Below, in pieces: positions 9,798 to 19,400 of a DNA stretch of 32,558 nt; within the stretch, counting starts at the first letter, position 1, and each line of letters opens with the position of its first letter. This stretch comes from Hormoscilla sp. (GTDB lineage: Bacteria > Cyanobacteriota > Cyanobacteriia > Cyanobacteriales > Desertifilaceae). The stretch lies in assembly GCA_051439505.1 (NCBI GenBank), contig JBFRWI010000078.1, positions 1 through 32,558 on the forward strand. The letters are read 5' to 3'. The position numbers and the translations under genes were made by a program. The notes under the pieces are model-generated. The model worked only from the letters and a program-made list of their open reading frames with translations. It was not told the DNA's origin and searched no databases.

Positions 9798-10685
9798 ATG
9801 CTAAAAATTGAAGATCTTTACGAACTACATGAAAAATATCGAGATGCACTCGATGTCAAAGTTGAAGAATTTACAATTGGCAACAAGAATTTTAAGTTTA
9901 ATTCGGAAAAAGCTATTTTAGGAGTGGTAAACCTTTCTACCGACTCTTGGTATCGTGAAAGTGTCTGCTTGAGTGGGGAACAGGCAATTCGTCGCGGTAT
10001 GGTACTCAATGCCCAGGGAGCGGATCTGGTCGATATTGGCGCGGAATCTACTTTAGGGAACGCACAAAGAATTGAAGATGTCAAGCAAAACAGCCAAATT
10101 TTACCCGTCCTTAAAGCCCTCAACCAAGCTGGAGTTTTAACATCCATTGAAACCTATTACCCCGATGTAGTTCGGGAATGCTTGAAAGCGGGAGCCAATG
10201 TTATCAATTTAACCGGAACTGCCGGGACAGAAGAAATTTATCGAATTATTTCCGAATTCGATGCCGGGGTAATTATCTGTTACGTTCAAGGAGAAAACGT
10301 GCGCGAAGTGGGTGATTTTAAATTTGGAGAGGATCCGGCTAATTTGATGTACGAGTATTTCGCGCGGGAAATTGAAACCGCAACTAAATTTGGAATTCGC
10401 AAAATATTTGTCGATGCGGGGTTGGGTTTTTATTACAAAAACCTCCAAGATAGCGAGCAACGCATTAGCTACCAAATGAAGACTTTTTTGAAGACATTCC
10501 GCCTCCGCAAATTAGGGTTTCCCGTTTGTCACGCTCTTCCCCATGCGTTTGAATGTTTTGGCGAAGAAGTTCGCAGTGCCGAGCCGTTTTTTGCCGTATT
10601 GGCTGCCTTGGGGAAAACAGATTTGTTTCGGACTCACGAAGTTCCTAAAATCAAAGCTGTTTTGGATACGTTGAGTTATTTTTAA
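9798..10685 (+). CDS. Dihydropteroate synthase-like pterin-binding TIM barrel (non-canonical)
   Basis: GVVNLSTDSW, DIGAEST, SIETY, VDAGLGF and LFRTHEV match FolP motifs, but the G-x-SRKS motif is absent. Confidence 0.85.
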   Translation: MLKIEDLYELHEKYRDALDVKVEEFTIGNKNFKFNSEKAILGVVNLSTDSWYRESVCLSGEQAIRRGMVLNAQGADLVDIGAESTLGNAQRIEDVKQNSQILPVLKALNQAGVLTSIETYYPDVVRECLKAGANVINLTGTAGTEEIYRIISEFDAGVIICYVQGENVREVGDFKFGEDPANLMYEYFAREIETATKFGIRKIFVDAGLGFYYKNLQDSEQRISYQMKTFLKTFRLRKLGFPVCHALPHAFECFGEEVRSAEPFFAVLAALGKTDLFRTHEVPKIKAVLDTLSYF

Positions 10686-10754
10686 TTGCGAATTGAGAAT
10701 GGTAAAATGGAGCAATACTCAATTTTCCATTCTCAATTTTCCATCCTCAATTTT
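10686..10754. repeat. Heptamer short tandem repeats (STRR-like) between convergent genes
   Basis: CTCAATTTTCCATTCTCAATTTTCCATCCTCAATTTTC, preceded by the inverted-sense AATTGAGAATGGTAAAATGGAG. Confidence 0.65.
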
Positions 10755-12137
10755 CTATTTTAAGACTGAATTAAGTTGTTCTTGATGTTGCTTAGGAATA
10801 TTCTGAGGAGGAGATATTTGCAAGTAAGATTCGTCGAACTCAATATTCGGTATCTGGGCCAGGAAACCCAGAGGTTCGCCGTTTGTAAGACGCAGTTTTT
10901 TGCATTTCGCTAGAGCCATTAAAGTTTCACGCTGTTCGCCAACACATTCAAATGGCTTTTCAGCATCAGAGTTTGATAAACGGATCCAAACGTCCTCTAG
11001 CTTTTTACTGCTTAACAGGTCTTGTCCTACCACCTGTATGGCAAAATTAGAATCGGTTACAGCCTCAATCAAAGCATAAGAAAAAGCACATTTTGGACAT
11101 TCACAACACCAGCGATAACTTCCCTCATCCCACTGTGCTTCGTTGCAGGAAGTCAGATCTTTCAATATATCTTTTTTCCAAAGAGAAAGCTGATGAACTG
11201 TCGCGATGGAGTAACTTTCTTCGCAGATACTAACATACCTGAATGGCAACCCCTTGCAAGCTAAGAAGTTGTTAAAACGCTTGATATAAGCAGCTCCCTT
11301 GGCGCTTTGATGATTGACTTCCCGCCCGCGATAAGTGGCATTAGATTCATTAGAACTTTTATCATTTGCCAAGACAATAAACCGATGTCCCTGCTGGTGC
11401 GCGATTATCATCATCAGGAAAAGTGCATTTGTGATTGTGGGATCGTTGCGAACTCCCCTGTAAGCAAAATGTTCTGATGGGTCTTCCTGGGGATGGGCTT
11501 GTATTTCCCAAAAGTGGGTTTGATTTCTCATGTAATCGAACACTGGAAATTTCCGCAACCAATTATTCCCTAATATTCCTCCAGCGTTGTGTAAGGTAAA
11601 TGCTTCCACGGGAATGTTAGCTTGCTGCATCCACTCAAAGGCAAATGTACTTTCCTTCCCGCCGCTGACAGCCAGAAGGTAGGTATCTTTCACTGATGAA
11701 TCCCCAAAATCTTCTACCAAATTAGTGGAAAACTTGATTTGAGGCATCTTATCCCAGTCCCACTTTTCTAGATAAAACTTTTGCTGAAGATACCAGTAAA
11801 TATCCTCATTCCACCAATCTGATTCCCACGGCAGACAGCCATACCAAGGTACTTCCACTATCTCGGGAGTACATATTTCACAAAGGCGGTAGATTTCAGC
11901 CATCGCTATCCCTATGAGAATAGACGGGTGAGTGCTTTGCGTCTTTTCTAACTCTGGTGGAAAGTCGATGTAGTAAAAATGCTCCCAACTATCAATCAGA
12001 AACGGAAAGATCAGTCGGCGATCGCTCCAATACGGTGCTTGAGAGGAAATGACTGAGCTTTTTGGGGATTCTCCGGTCGCCATGAATTTCATCCGCGACT
12101 CGTGATATCGACTCTTGAATTGTTCGGTTGTTCTCAT
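10755..12137 (-). CDS. MurL-like ATP-dependent (PP-loop) enzyme, UDP-MurNAc-L-Ala-L-Glu epimerase family
   Basis: SGGKES PP-loop, NDKSSN..VNHQSAKG, SCN..WCCECPKC and KPFECVGE are the motif series of the MurL family. Confidence 0.72.
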   Translation of the reverse strand: MRTTEQFKSRYHESRMKFMATGESPKSSVISSQAPYWSDRRLIFPFLIDSWEHFYYIDFPPELEKTQSTHPSILIGIAMAEIYRLCEICTPEIVEVPWYGCLPWESDWWNEDIYWYLQQKFYLEKWDWDKMPQIKFSTNLVEDFGDSSVKDTYLLAVSGGKESTFAFEWMQQANIPVEAFTLHNAGGILGNNWLRKFPVFDYMRNQTHFWEIQAHPQEDPSEHFAYRGVRNDPTITNALFLMMIIAHQQGHRFIVLANDKSSNESNATYRGREVNHQSAKGAAYIKRFNNFLACKGLPFRYVSICEESYSIATVHQLSLWKKDILKDLTSCNEAQWDEGSYRWCCECPKCAFSYALIEAVTDSNFAIQVVGQDLLSSKKLEDVWIRLSNSDAEKPFECVGEQRETLMALAKCKKLRLTNGEPLGFLAQIPNIEFDESYLQISPPQNIPKQHQEQLNSVLK

Positions 12138-12214
12138 TTTCTTGTCAATGTACTCGTAATAGTTTAGTCAAGTTTACCAAATTAGGTATGAGGACGCGAT
12201 GGGTGCGTCGCCGC

Positions 12215-12265
12215 CCGAACCCTAAAGGGTCCGGCTACAGATACAAAGCCCGCCTGCGCGGGCTA
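12215..12265 (+). repeat. Dispersed REP-like repeat, copy 1
   Basis: CCGAACCCTAAAGGGTCCGGCTACAGATACAAAGCCCGCCTGCGCGGGCTA, 48/51 identical to 27561-27611, with two internal hairpins. Confidence 0.9.
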
Positions 12266-12348
12266 TATGGCAAAACCCGGATGGACCCGACGCGATCGGT
12301 CTCCCCCGGGCTCGCTACTTGCACAAAAGGGGGGACTCCGTCGGATTA

Positions 12349-12891
12349 TTAGTTCCGCTTGATAGATAAAGTTACTCCCGAACTGTCTACTTTTTCGACC
12401 AGTTGGGCGATCGCATCTCCGGAGACTGGTTCTATCCAGTCGGGAGCTATTTCCGCCAATGGTACCAACACAAATGCTCTCTGGGTCATGCGCGGGTGGG
12501 GTATTTGCAGTTCGGGTGTTTCCAAAATTAAATCCTCAAATAGAAGTACATCCAAGTCTAGGGTTCGCGGTCCCCAACGCTCTTGACGGACTCGGCCAAA
12601 CTGGTCTTCAATGGCTAGTAGAGTCTTGAGTAATTCTTGGGGATTTAGTTCTACTTCTAGGATAGCACAGCCGTTGAGATAATCCGGTTGTGATGGACCT
12701 ATAGGGGCAGTGTTGTACCAGCTTGAGTAGGTTTTGACGGTAATTCCTGGAGTTTTGTCAATCTTTTCGAGGGCCCCTTCGAGGGTGGCCCGGGAGTCCC
12801 CCATGTTGCTGCCCAGGGCGATCGCGCTTTGGGTTAGTTTTGTTGTTGCTGCCTTGTCAGTTAATACCATCACTTGCGGGAAGTTTGTCAT
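12349..12891 (-). CDS. folK: 2-amino-4-hydroxy-6-hydroxymethyldihydropteridine diphosphokinase (HPPK)
   Basis: IALGSN, QPDYLN, GRVRQERWGPRTLDLD, IPHPRM, RAFVLVPLAEIAP; ATG 12891 overlaps the restored stop of the upstream gene (ATGA). Confidence 0.96.
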   Translation of the reverse strand: MTNFPQVMVLTDKAATTKLTQSAIALGSNMGDSRATLEGALEKIDKTPGITVKTYSSWYNTAPIGPSQPDYLNGCAILEVELNPQELLKTLLAIEDQFGRVRQERWGPRTLDLDVLLFEDLILETPELQIPHPRMTQRAFVLVPLAEIAPDWIEPVSGDAIAQLVEKVDSSGVTLSIKRN

Positions 12892-13581
12892 ATAACAGGT
12901 GTACGAGCGTACCATTGTAACCCGTTCGGTAGTTCTTCAGCAGCAAATTCGATTGTGTTGAACCCGCCGATGGCTGGGTTTGCCTGCTGGTAAGGAGGAA
13001 TGGACTAGCAATGGCTTCATCACCAGCACTCCGCCAGACTTAACTGTAGTAGTTATAGCATGTTTTTTGAGATTTGCAATTGTTTCCCGTGGGAGAATTC
13101 CCCGATTATGGGAACCTGGTATTAGACGTAGGGCACCGTTTTCGGCATCGGCATCATCTAGATGAATGCGTAGGGTTAACATTTTCTCTAATATCCTCAC
13201 TGGAGGCTGGACGTGATCTACCCCTTCTTTAATCGACCAGGGACCGAATCCATCAGTGTCAATGCGTTGGTTTACGGCAATAGTAAGATCCTGATGCCAG
13301 GATACTCCCCAGTTTGCTTCTGGGTTTTTGTCAAAGAAAATGCCCCGCACGGGAAAAGCCCGATCGCCTATTATCGGTTCTACGAGGGCGCGGAGGGCTG
13401 TTTCCTCACACAGTTGACTCACTCCCGGAACCAGTTCCAGGATGCGACGCATGGCATAGCTGCGCCCTAAAGCTAATTGCACTTCATATCTTAGAGCGGC
13501 TACCTGGTGCTTGTCAAGCACTCCCGGAACTATGCTAAACCCATACTGCTCTATGGTCTGACTGTAGCAGGTGCTCTCCAT
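12888..13581 (-). pseudogene. Phytanoyl-CoA dioxygenase (PhyH) family Fe/2OG enzyme with a 1-bp insertion frameshift near the C-terminus
   Basis: FFDK..NWGVSWHQD, RIHLDD, NGAL..PGSH, LVHSS, HRRV. Removing one base at ~12953 gives HRRVQHIEFAAEELPNGLQWY..., ending in TGA that overlaps the folK ATG. As sequenced, the ORF stops at 12937. Confidence 0.8.
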
Positions 13582-13695
13582 CCGATCGGTTATTAATAGT
13601 ATCTGGTATATCTTAGCCTGGAGATATCTGGATCGATTCAGCAATGGGCGATCGCCGTGGGGGCTACCCGTCCGAGAGAAAGATATTGACCATAT

Positions 13696-13725
13696 TTGAC
13701 ACAATTTAAGTCAATCGGCTAAGAT
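13696..13725 (+). promoter_or_regulatory. Putative sigma70 promoter of the dynamin-like operon with an overlapping palindrome
   Basis: TTGACA(13696-13701)-18 bp-TAAGAT(13720-13725); TTGAC-N9-GTCAA inverted repeat at 13696-13714. Confidence 0.5.
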
Positions 13726-13755
13726 GAGGTAAATATTACACAGAAGAGCTACTTG

Positions 13756-16347
13756 ATGGAACTAGAAAAACTGGGCCAATATAAGGAATATGGAGAATCG
13801 GTCCTCCAGGGACTAGAGGGGGTGAAGCAGCCCTTGCCAGACTGGGTGCCACTGGATCTCCGCCACAGTCTGGAAAGCCTCAGACAAGCAGCCACCAAAA
13901 CAGTAGAACGAGCATCGTCGCCGGTGAAGATCGGGGTGATGGGAGAATTCAGTAGCGGCAAAACCTTGCTGTTGGGAAGCTTGATCGGCTACGCGGATGC
14001 ATTACCGGTCAGTCAAACCCCCACTACAGGTAACGTAACTGCTGTCCACCTGCGGCAGGCAGACTCACTCGGGACCACTAAGGTGGACCAGTTTACGATT
14101 AAGTACCTGTCTCACTCTGAGGTAAAGGAATGCCTCAAGTTCATGCTGGAGGAAACGGCCCAGAGGGCCAGGGCGGCACAACTACCTCAGGTACAGCAGG
14201 AGACCCTGAAAAATTTGACCCCGACTCAGACTGTAGATAGTAATGCTATTCTCAAATGGTGCGAGCAAGCCTGGAATGCTGGCCAGAATAGCGAACTGCG
14301 ATCGCTCCTGCGGGAAATGGTAACATTCGTGCGGACCTACAGCGCCTATGGTCAGGATATCTGCGATCGGGTTTACCAGGTAGATGCTGCTACGGCCGAG
14401 GAGGGATTGAGACTGGCAGATCCGCCGATGGGTATTTTAGAACAGGACTTTGCTACCATGCTGGAAGAATCGGCATTGCCAGCTACCGGGAGTACAGCCT
14501 GGCAAAATCTGGCGATGCCATCAGCAAAAGACCTGCTTCACAGCTTCTCCTTGATCCGCCGGGTAGATGTGACAATCACGGTATCGAAGCAAATCTGGAA
14601 TCTGGAAGCTTTGGAAAAGGCACAGGAGTTCGTCATCCTAGACTTTCCGGGGTTGGGGGCGGCAGACTCGGGTGTTAGAGATAAGTTCCTGTCTCTGCGG
14701 GAGTTAAAAGAAGTCCAGACTATCCTGCTTCTGCTCAACGGTGGAAAACCTGGTGGGGATGCCGGTGCTCAAATCCGCAATATGATGGAACAGGATAAGG
14801 GCGTTGACCTCAGAGACCGGATCCTGGTGGGGGTCGGTCGCTTCAATCAACTGCCTTTAACAGGCACAGATCAAAAAAACATTGACGAACTGATTGGCTT
14901 TTTCGGAGACGATCGCCCGCCATTAGAGGAAGCAGAAGTCCTCCAGGAACTGAAAATTCTGAATCTAACGGTAGCGGGTGCGAGAAACTTGACCACGGAA
15001 AAAGACCGGATCGTGCTGCTGTCGCAAATGTGGGCGCTACAGGAATTAGCAGAACGTTTCAGTACCCTGCAAGTAGGCTCTCCAGAGTTTGCACCAGAAC
15101 TGGAAAACTATCTGGGAAAAGATGATGAGACGCGGTTGCGTCAGAAATGGCAGGAATTAAGTGAAAAGCTGATAGACTCAGGAGCAACTAAGATCCTGCG
15201 CCGACAGCTGCGGGACTTTGTAGATGACGGGGGGATTGGCAGACTGCGGGATTTGATCGTAGACCACGTGCAAGAGTATGGAGTCAAGCAACTCTATGAA
15301 GACACTCGTCGTCAGGCAGAGGCGTTGCGGAAAGAACTCAACAAGCTCAAAGGCATACTAGAGATCATCCCTGATTACATCCCGACCACGGAAAGTCAGG
15401 AGTTTGTCACCCTGCGTGAAAGTATCGAGAACATGGTGAGAACCTATAGAAAATTCAAAGAAGATTTGGAGAAAAAGCCCCTTCAAAATAATCACGGGGT
15501 GGCAGTCAGCGAAGTGGTAAAGTCAGAGCTGATATTTAGCATCCACAATTGGAAGGAGTGGAATTTACTGTTCAATAAAATGGCCTCCGGGACGATCGAG
15601 CCCCCCCGCAAAGATGGGGGAAAGGGCAAAGGAGTAATTGGCAGAGGTAAGAAGGAACGGGGACAAAAAAACCCCCTGCCCACGTCTAGCGACGATTTCT
15701 ATGAAACCTTTGCTAAGACGATGGCAGAAATGGAAAAATTCGCAGGTGCTCAGATCCGTCAGGCAGTTTTAGATATGTTGAGCCAGTTGTCGGGAACGGT
15801 GGAGGTAGAGCGCAGCAACATCAGTAAACTGATGCGTCCAGAGATGGAAGAGCAGATCGAGACGGAGTTTGGAGAGTCCGAAGCTGACCTATTTAATATC
15901 CTCCAGGAGGCAACGGATCCCAAGCAATGGACAGATCCAATTATAGAAGAAAGCTCGATCTCCGAGAATAGCCCGATCGACCCGGAAAAGATGTTCCCCC
16001 TGGCCCGTGGAGACGAAAAACATCAGAAGATAGGTCAAGTATTTGACTGGAGTCCAGATAAGAAGCATCCAGCACGGCCAAAACCATTTAATCATCAGAT
16101 GCTGGTGCTGCGGCTGCGAGATGAGATGAGTGCGAGTGCGGGGTTGAACCTGGTTCAGTATGTGAGCGAAAAAACTGAGAAGGTTAAATACGTGCTGCAG
16201 GAGACTTTGGAGGTTACTGAGGATATGTCAGAACTATTGCGAAACGAACGCTTGCTGAGGTATATAGCAACGTCAGAGTCGGACTCCAAATCTCCCGCCT
16301 GGTTGCAGACTCTTTCGCAAACAGCGTCGATTTCTTACCCAGATTAA
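13756..16347 (+). CDS. Dynamin-like large GTPase (SrfC/bacterial dynamin-like)
   Basis: G1 GEFSSGKT (13942-13965), G2 PTTGN, G3 DFPG (14641-14652), G4-like GRFN, long helical C-terminal stalk. Confidence 0.85.
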   Translation: MELEKLGQYKEYGESVLQGLEGVKQPLPDWVPLDLRHSLESLRQAATKTVERASSPVKIGVMGEFSSGKTLLLGSLIGYADALPVSQTPTTGNVTAVHLRQADSLGTTKVDQFTIKYLSHSEVKECLKFMLEETAQRARAAQLPQVQQETLKNLTPTQTVDSNAILKWCEQAWNAGQNSELRSLLREMVTFVRTYSAYGQDICDRVYQVDAATAEEGLRLADPPMGILEQDFATMLEESALPATGSTAWQNLAMPSAKDLLHSFSLIRRVDVTITVSKQIWNLEALEKAQEFVILDFPGLGAADSGVRDKFLSLRELKEVQTILLLLNGGKPGGDAGAQIRNMMEQDKGVDLRDRILVGVGRFNQLPLTGTDQKNIDELIGFFGDDRPPLEEAEVLQELKILNLTVAGARNLTTEKDRIVLLSQMWALQELAERFSTLQVGSPEFAPELENYLGKDDETRLRQKWQELSEKLIDSGATKILRRQLRDFVDDGGIGRLRDLIVDHVQEYGVKQLYEDTRRQAEALRKELNKLKGILEIIPDYIPTTESQEFVTLRESIENMVRTYRKFKEDLEKKPLQNNHGVAVSEVVKSELIFSIHNWKEWNLLFNKMASGTIEPPRKDGGKGKGVIGRGKKERGQKNPLPTSSDDFYETFAKTMAEMEKFAGAQIRQAVLDMLSQLSGTVEVERSNISKLMRPEMEEQIETEFGESEADLFNILQEATDPKQWTDPIIEESSISENSPIDPEKMFPLARGDEKHQKIGQVFDWSPDKKHPARPKPFNHQMLVLRLRDEMSASAGLNLVQYVSEKTEKVKYVLQETLEVTEDMSELLRNERLLRYIATSESDSKSPAWLQTLSQTASISYPD

Positions 16348-16434
16348 CATTGAACAAGTGCCATGTACATGGTATTATGTACATGGCCACCAGTGACAAA
16401 TCACAATTGACAATCACCAAAAGGAAAAGAGCAG

Positions 16435-19400
16435 ATGCCAGTCAAGATAGAGCTTTTTACTAATTACCCCCTGCGGACGAAAAGAAGTGACCCGATGGCA
16501 TTGGACCTGCCCGCGATCGAACTGGCTCCAGCTAGCAGCAAAAATCCGGCCTATATCTCCAGGGTCAGCATATCTGTCAGGGGAAACCCAACAGGGCTAG
16601 CAAACATGATTCAATTTGCCTACAAAGAGGTGACGGCGATCAATCCGATAAAACTGGAAAGGCCCCAGCGAGTCAGGCAATATGATTGCAAGCTGGAGGA
16701 ACCATCAATACCTGCAGATGTCAACTGCATTTTGGAGGTGAAGGTGGAGTATTTTGACTCAGACTCGGAAGGGAATCCTGACATGTCGGTGACCAAAGAG
16801 ACCAAGAGTACCTGTCATATTCGGACAAGTTTTGCCTCAGAGTCAGAGCAGGAGTTAGAGGAATCGGTGGATGTAGGTGAGGTAGAGTCCATAGAGGCAG
16901 AAACGAATGATAAAAATAGCAAAGAAGAAAAAATATTGCCGAGCTTTCCCGGTTGGTTTGCTATAGATTTCGGGACATCTAACTCCACGGTGACACTCTA
17001 CGACCCGAAATATACTGTCCCCCCGGATAGTTTGCCTAGGGAACAGGAAAAAAGTTTGCGGACGGGTTTGGCAGGGTGGTTGAACGATCGCCCGACGGAG
17101 GAGATACCTCGGGTGACGGCATCAGATTGGGAGTCGGAGTGGGAAAAGCTGACGGCGGAATTAAGCAAAGAATTTGCTGGCCTAGACCCCGGGGAGCACG
17201 GTAATCTAGGCGATCGCATATTTAAGGAGAGTGACAATATTGGCTTATTGTCGGGGATCCGTCTGGTGGAAATCGGTTTGAGCATCTGCCGAGATTGGTT
17301 TCGGCGCTCGGCGAGCAAACATCTGCACGAGATCTACCACGAAGTATTTCGGAAACCGACCCTAGAGTGGCAGAGTTTGATTCCGGTAGAACTAGACGAA
17401 CTGCGCCGGGAAAGTGAAATTACCAGCGAGTTAGAAATAGAAGAAATTGGTGGTAGCGCCGAGGGCAGGTTAAAAGTGCTGATGGGCGATCGGGCCAGGC
17501 AGGATAGACTGAATGCGATCGCCCAAGGGCAGGACATCCAAGGCAAGTTCCATCACTCGCCCAAGCGCTATTTGGGTCAAAACCGCTCGATCCCGGCGAT
17601 CGTGAATGGCAGCAGCGAGCAAGTGGCGGTGCAAAAGCTGATCCAAGCAGCGTTCTCTCATCTGATCCAGTTGACGAAAGATTACCGCGATCGCAACCAA
17701 GAGCAATGTTCTGTAGGGCAGTTCAACAGGGCGGTGGTGACTTACCCAACGATATCTCCACCAAAGGTACATAAGGAGGTGAAGGAGCTGGTCGGGAAAC
17801 TGGGCATCTCGGACGTGCAGATGGCTTATGACGAAGCGGTATCCATAGCGATCTTCTTCCTGTGGCGAGAATTCGGCGGGGATTTGAATGTGGGGATTGA
17901 GTCTTTCAAAACCCGCTGTCGGAATTACTTTGACCAATGGTCCCAAAACGTCTTGGTGCTAGATATCGGTGGGGGAACCACGGACCTAGCCTTGATTCGC
18001 CTGGCACTCAAAGAGGTAGATCCGTTTGAGTCGGATGAAGACCGAGGGGACGGGGGACGCTACTATATTATCACCCCCAAACTGCTAGGCTCTTCCGGCC
18101 ATTTACAGTTGGGGGGCGAGTTGATCAGCCTGCGGATATTTCACCTCCTGAAGGCCGCGATCGCCGACTGTCTGCTGACGGCAGTGGCAGCCGGAAATTT
18201 AGAACCGGATATATTGGGGATGCAGCCAGACGAACTGAACGAACGCTTCCTAGATAACGGCAAATTTCAGGCGGGCCTGCTGTTGGCATGCGTGGACAAG
18301 GAGAACCAGGAAGGGGATGTTGCCTACAAAGACGCCCTAGAGGCTGCCGAGAAAGTGCTGTCCACCCGTTGGAAAAATTCCCCCGCTCGTCAGCAAGCCT
18401 TTTACACGCTCTGGGAATACGCGGAAGAGGCGAAACTGAAGCTGGGGAAAAAAGACCAGACCTTAGAGGGAACAGAACCTACCTTTGTCCTGGACGGGCA
18501 GAAAATCTCGGAACTGCTAGCACAAAACGATGTCCAATTACCCCAAAGCAGCCTGAATCATCTGAACGTGACTCTCAGCGTGGCCCAATTTGAAAGGGCT
18601 GTCAAGCCAGCAATCAAAGAGGCGATCGGGATCGCCAGAGGGCTGATGGAAAGTGGCTTAAGTAGACAGGAAGCCAGTCAGTCCAACGAACTAAAAGAGC
18701 AACTAGATTGGTTGATTCTGTCGGGAAAAACCTGCAACCTCTACTTAGTAGAACAGGAACTATATCGGCAATTTAGCAAATCAGACCGTTTCGTGTGGAA
18801 CCCCGAGAAAATCACCTTCGTGCCGGAATACACGAAGCTAGCAACTTCGGCGGGAGCATGCTACGCGGAAAAGCTCAGGCAACTGGTGTTTGCCCCCGAA
18901 GATGCCAAGGAAGTGCTACGGAAGGGGGCAAATCAGCTATACATCGATGTAAAGAACCTGTTTTATTTTCTACCCTGCTCCTTCCTGCTCAAGACCCAAG
19001 ATATCCAGTCTATACCGATCTTTAAGGCAGGGGATAAGCTTTATCAACTCGACCCCAAGGACAAGGTAGCGAAGGTGCGGAGCGAGGGATGGAAGGGAGC
19101 ACAATTGTCGATTTTTATCGAACGGAAAGACTTTGAAGATAAAACGCCACAGCTATGGGGTAGCTACGACGGTCAGCAAAAGCTAGCGACTCCACTGGGA
19201 ATGACGGGGACTGAGTTTAACGAAACAATCAAAGTTCAGTTTGAGATCGACCAAGAACTGAATATCAGCCTGCTGTTTTGCCAAGGGAAGCCCCACTACT
19301 TGATGCAGGCTAAGATCGAGAGTCTAGATGCAACAGAGGCAATCAAAAGGCCAGCAATAATTTCTGAGGGGAAAGTGGTTTGCGATATTGCTGTTAACGT

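Noticed and set aside
9798..10685. Assigning the symbol folP
   Set aside because: The SRKS motif is missing and other motifs are altered, so canonical activity is unproven
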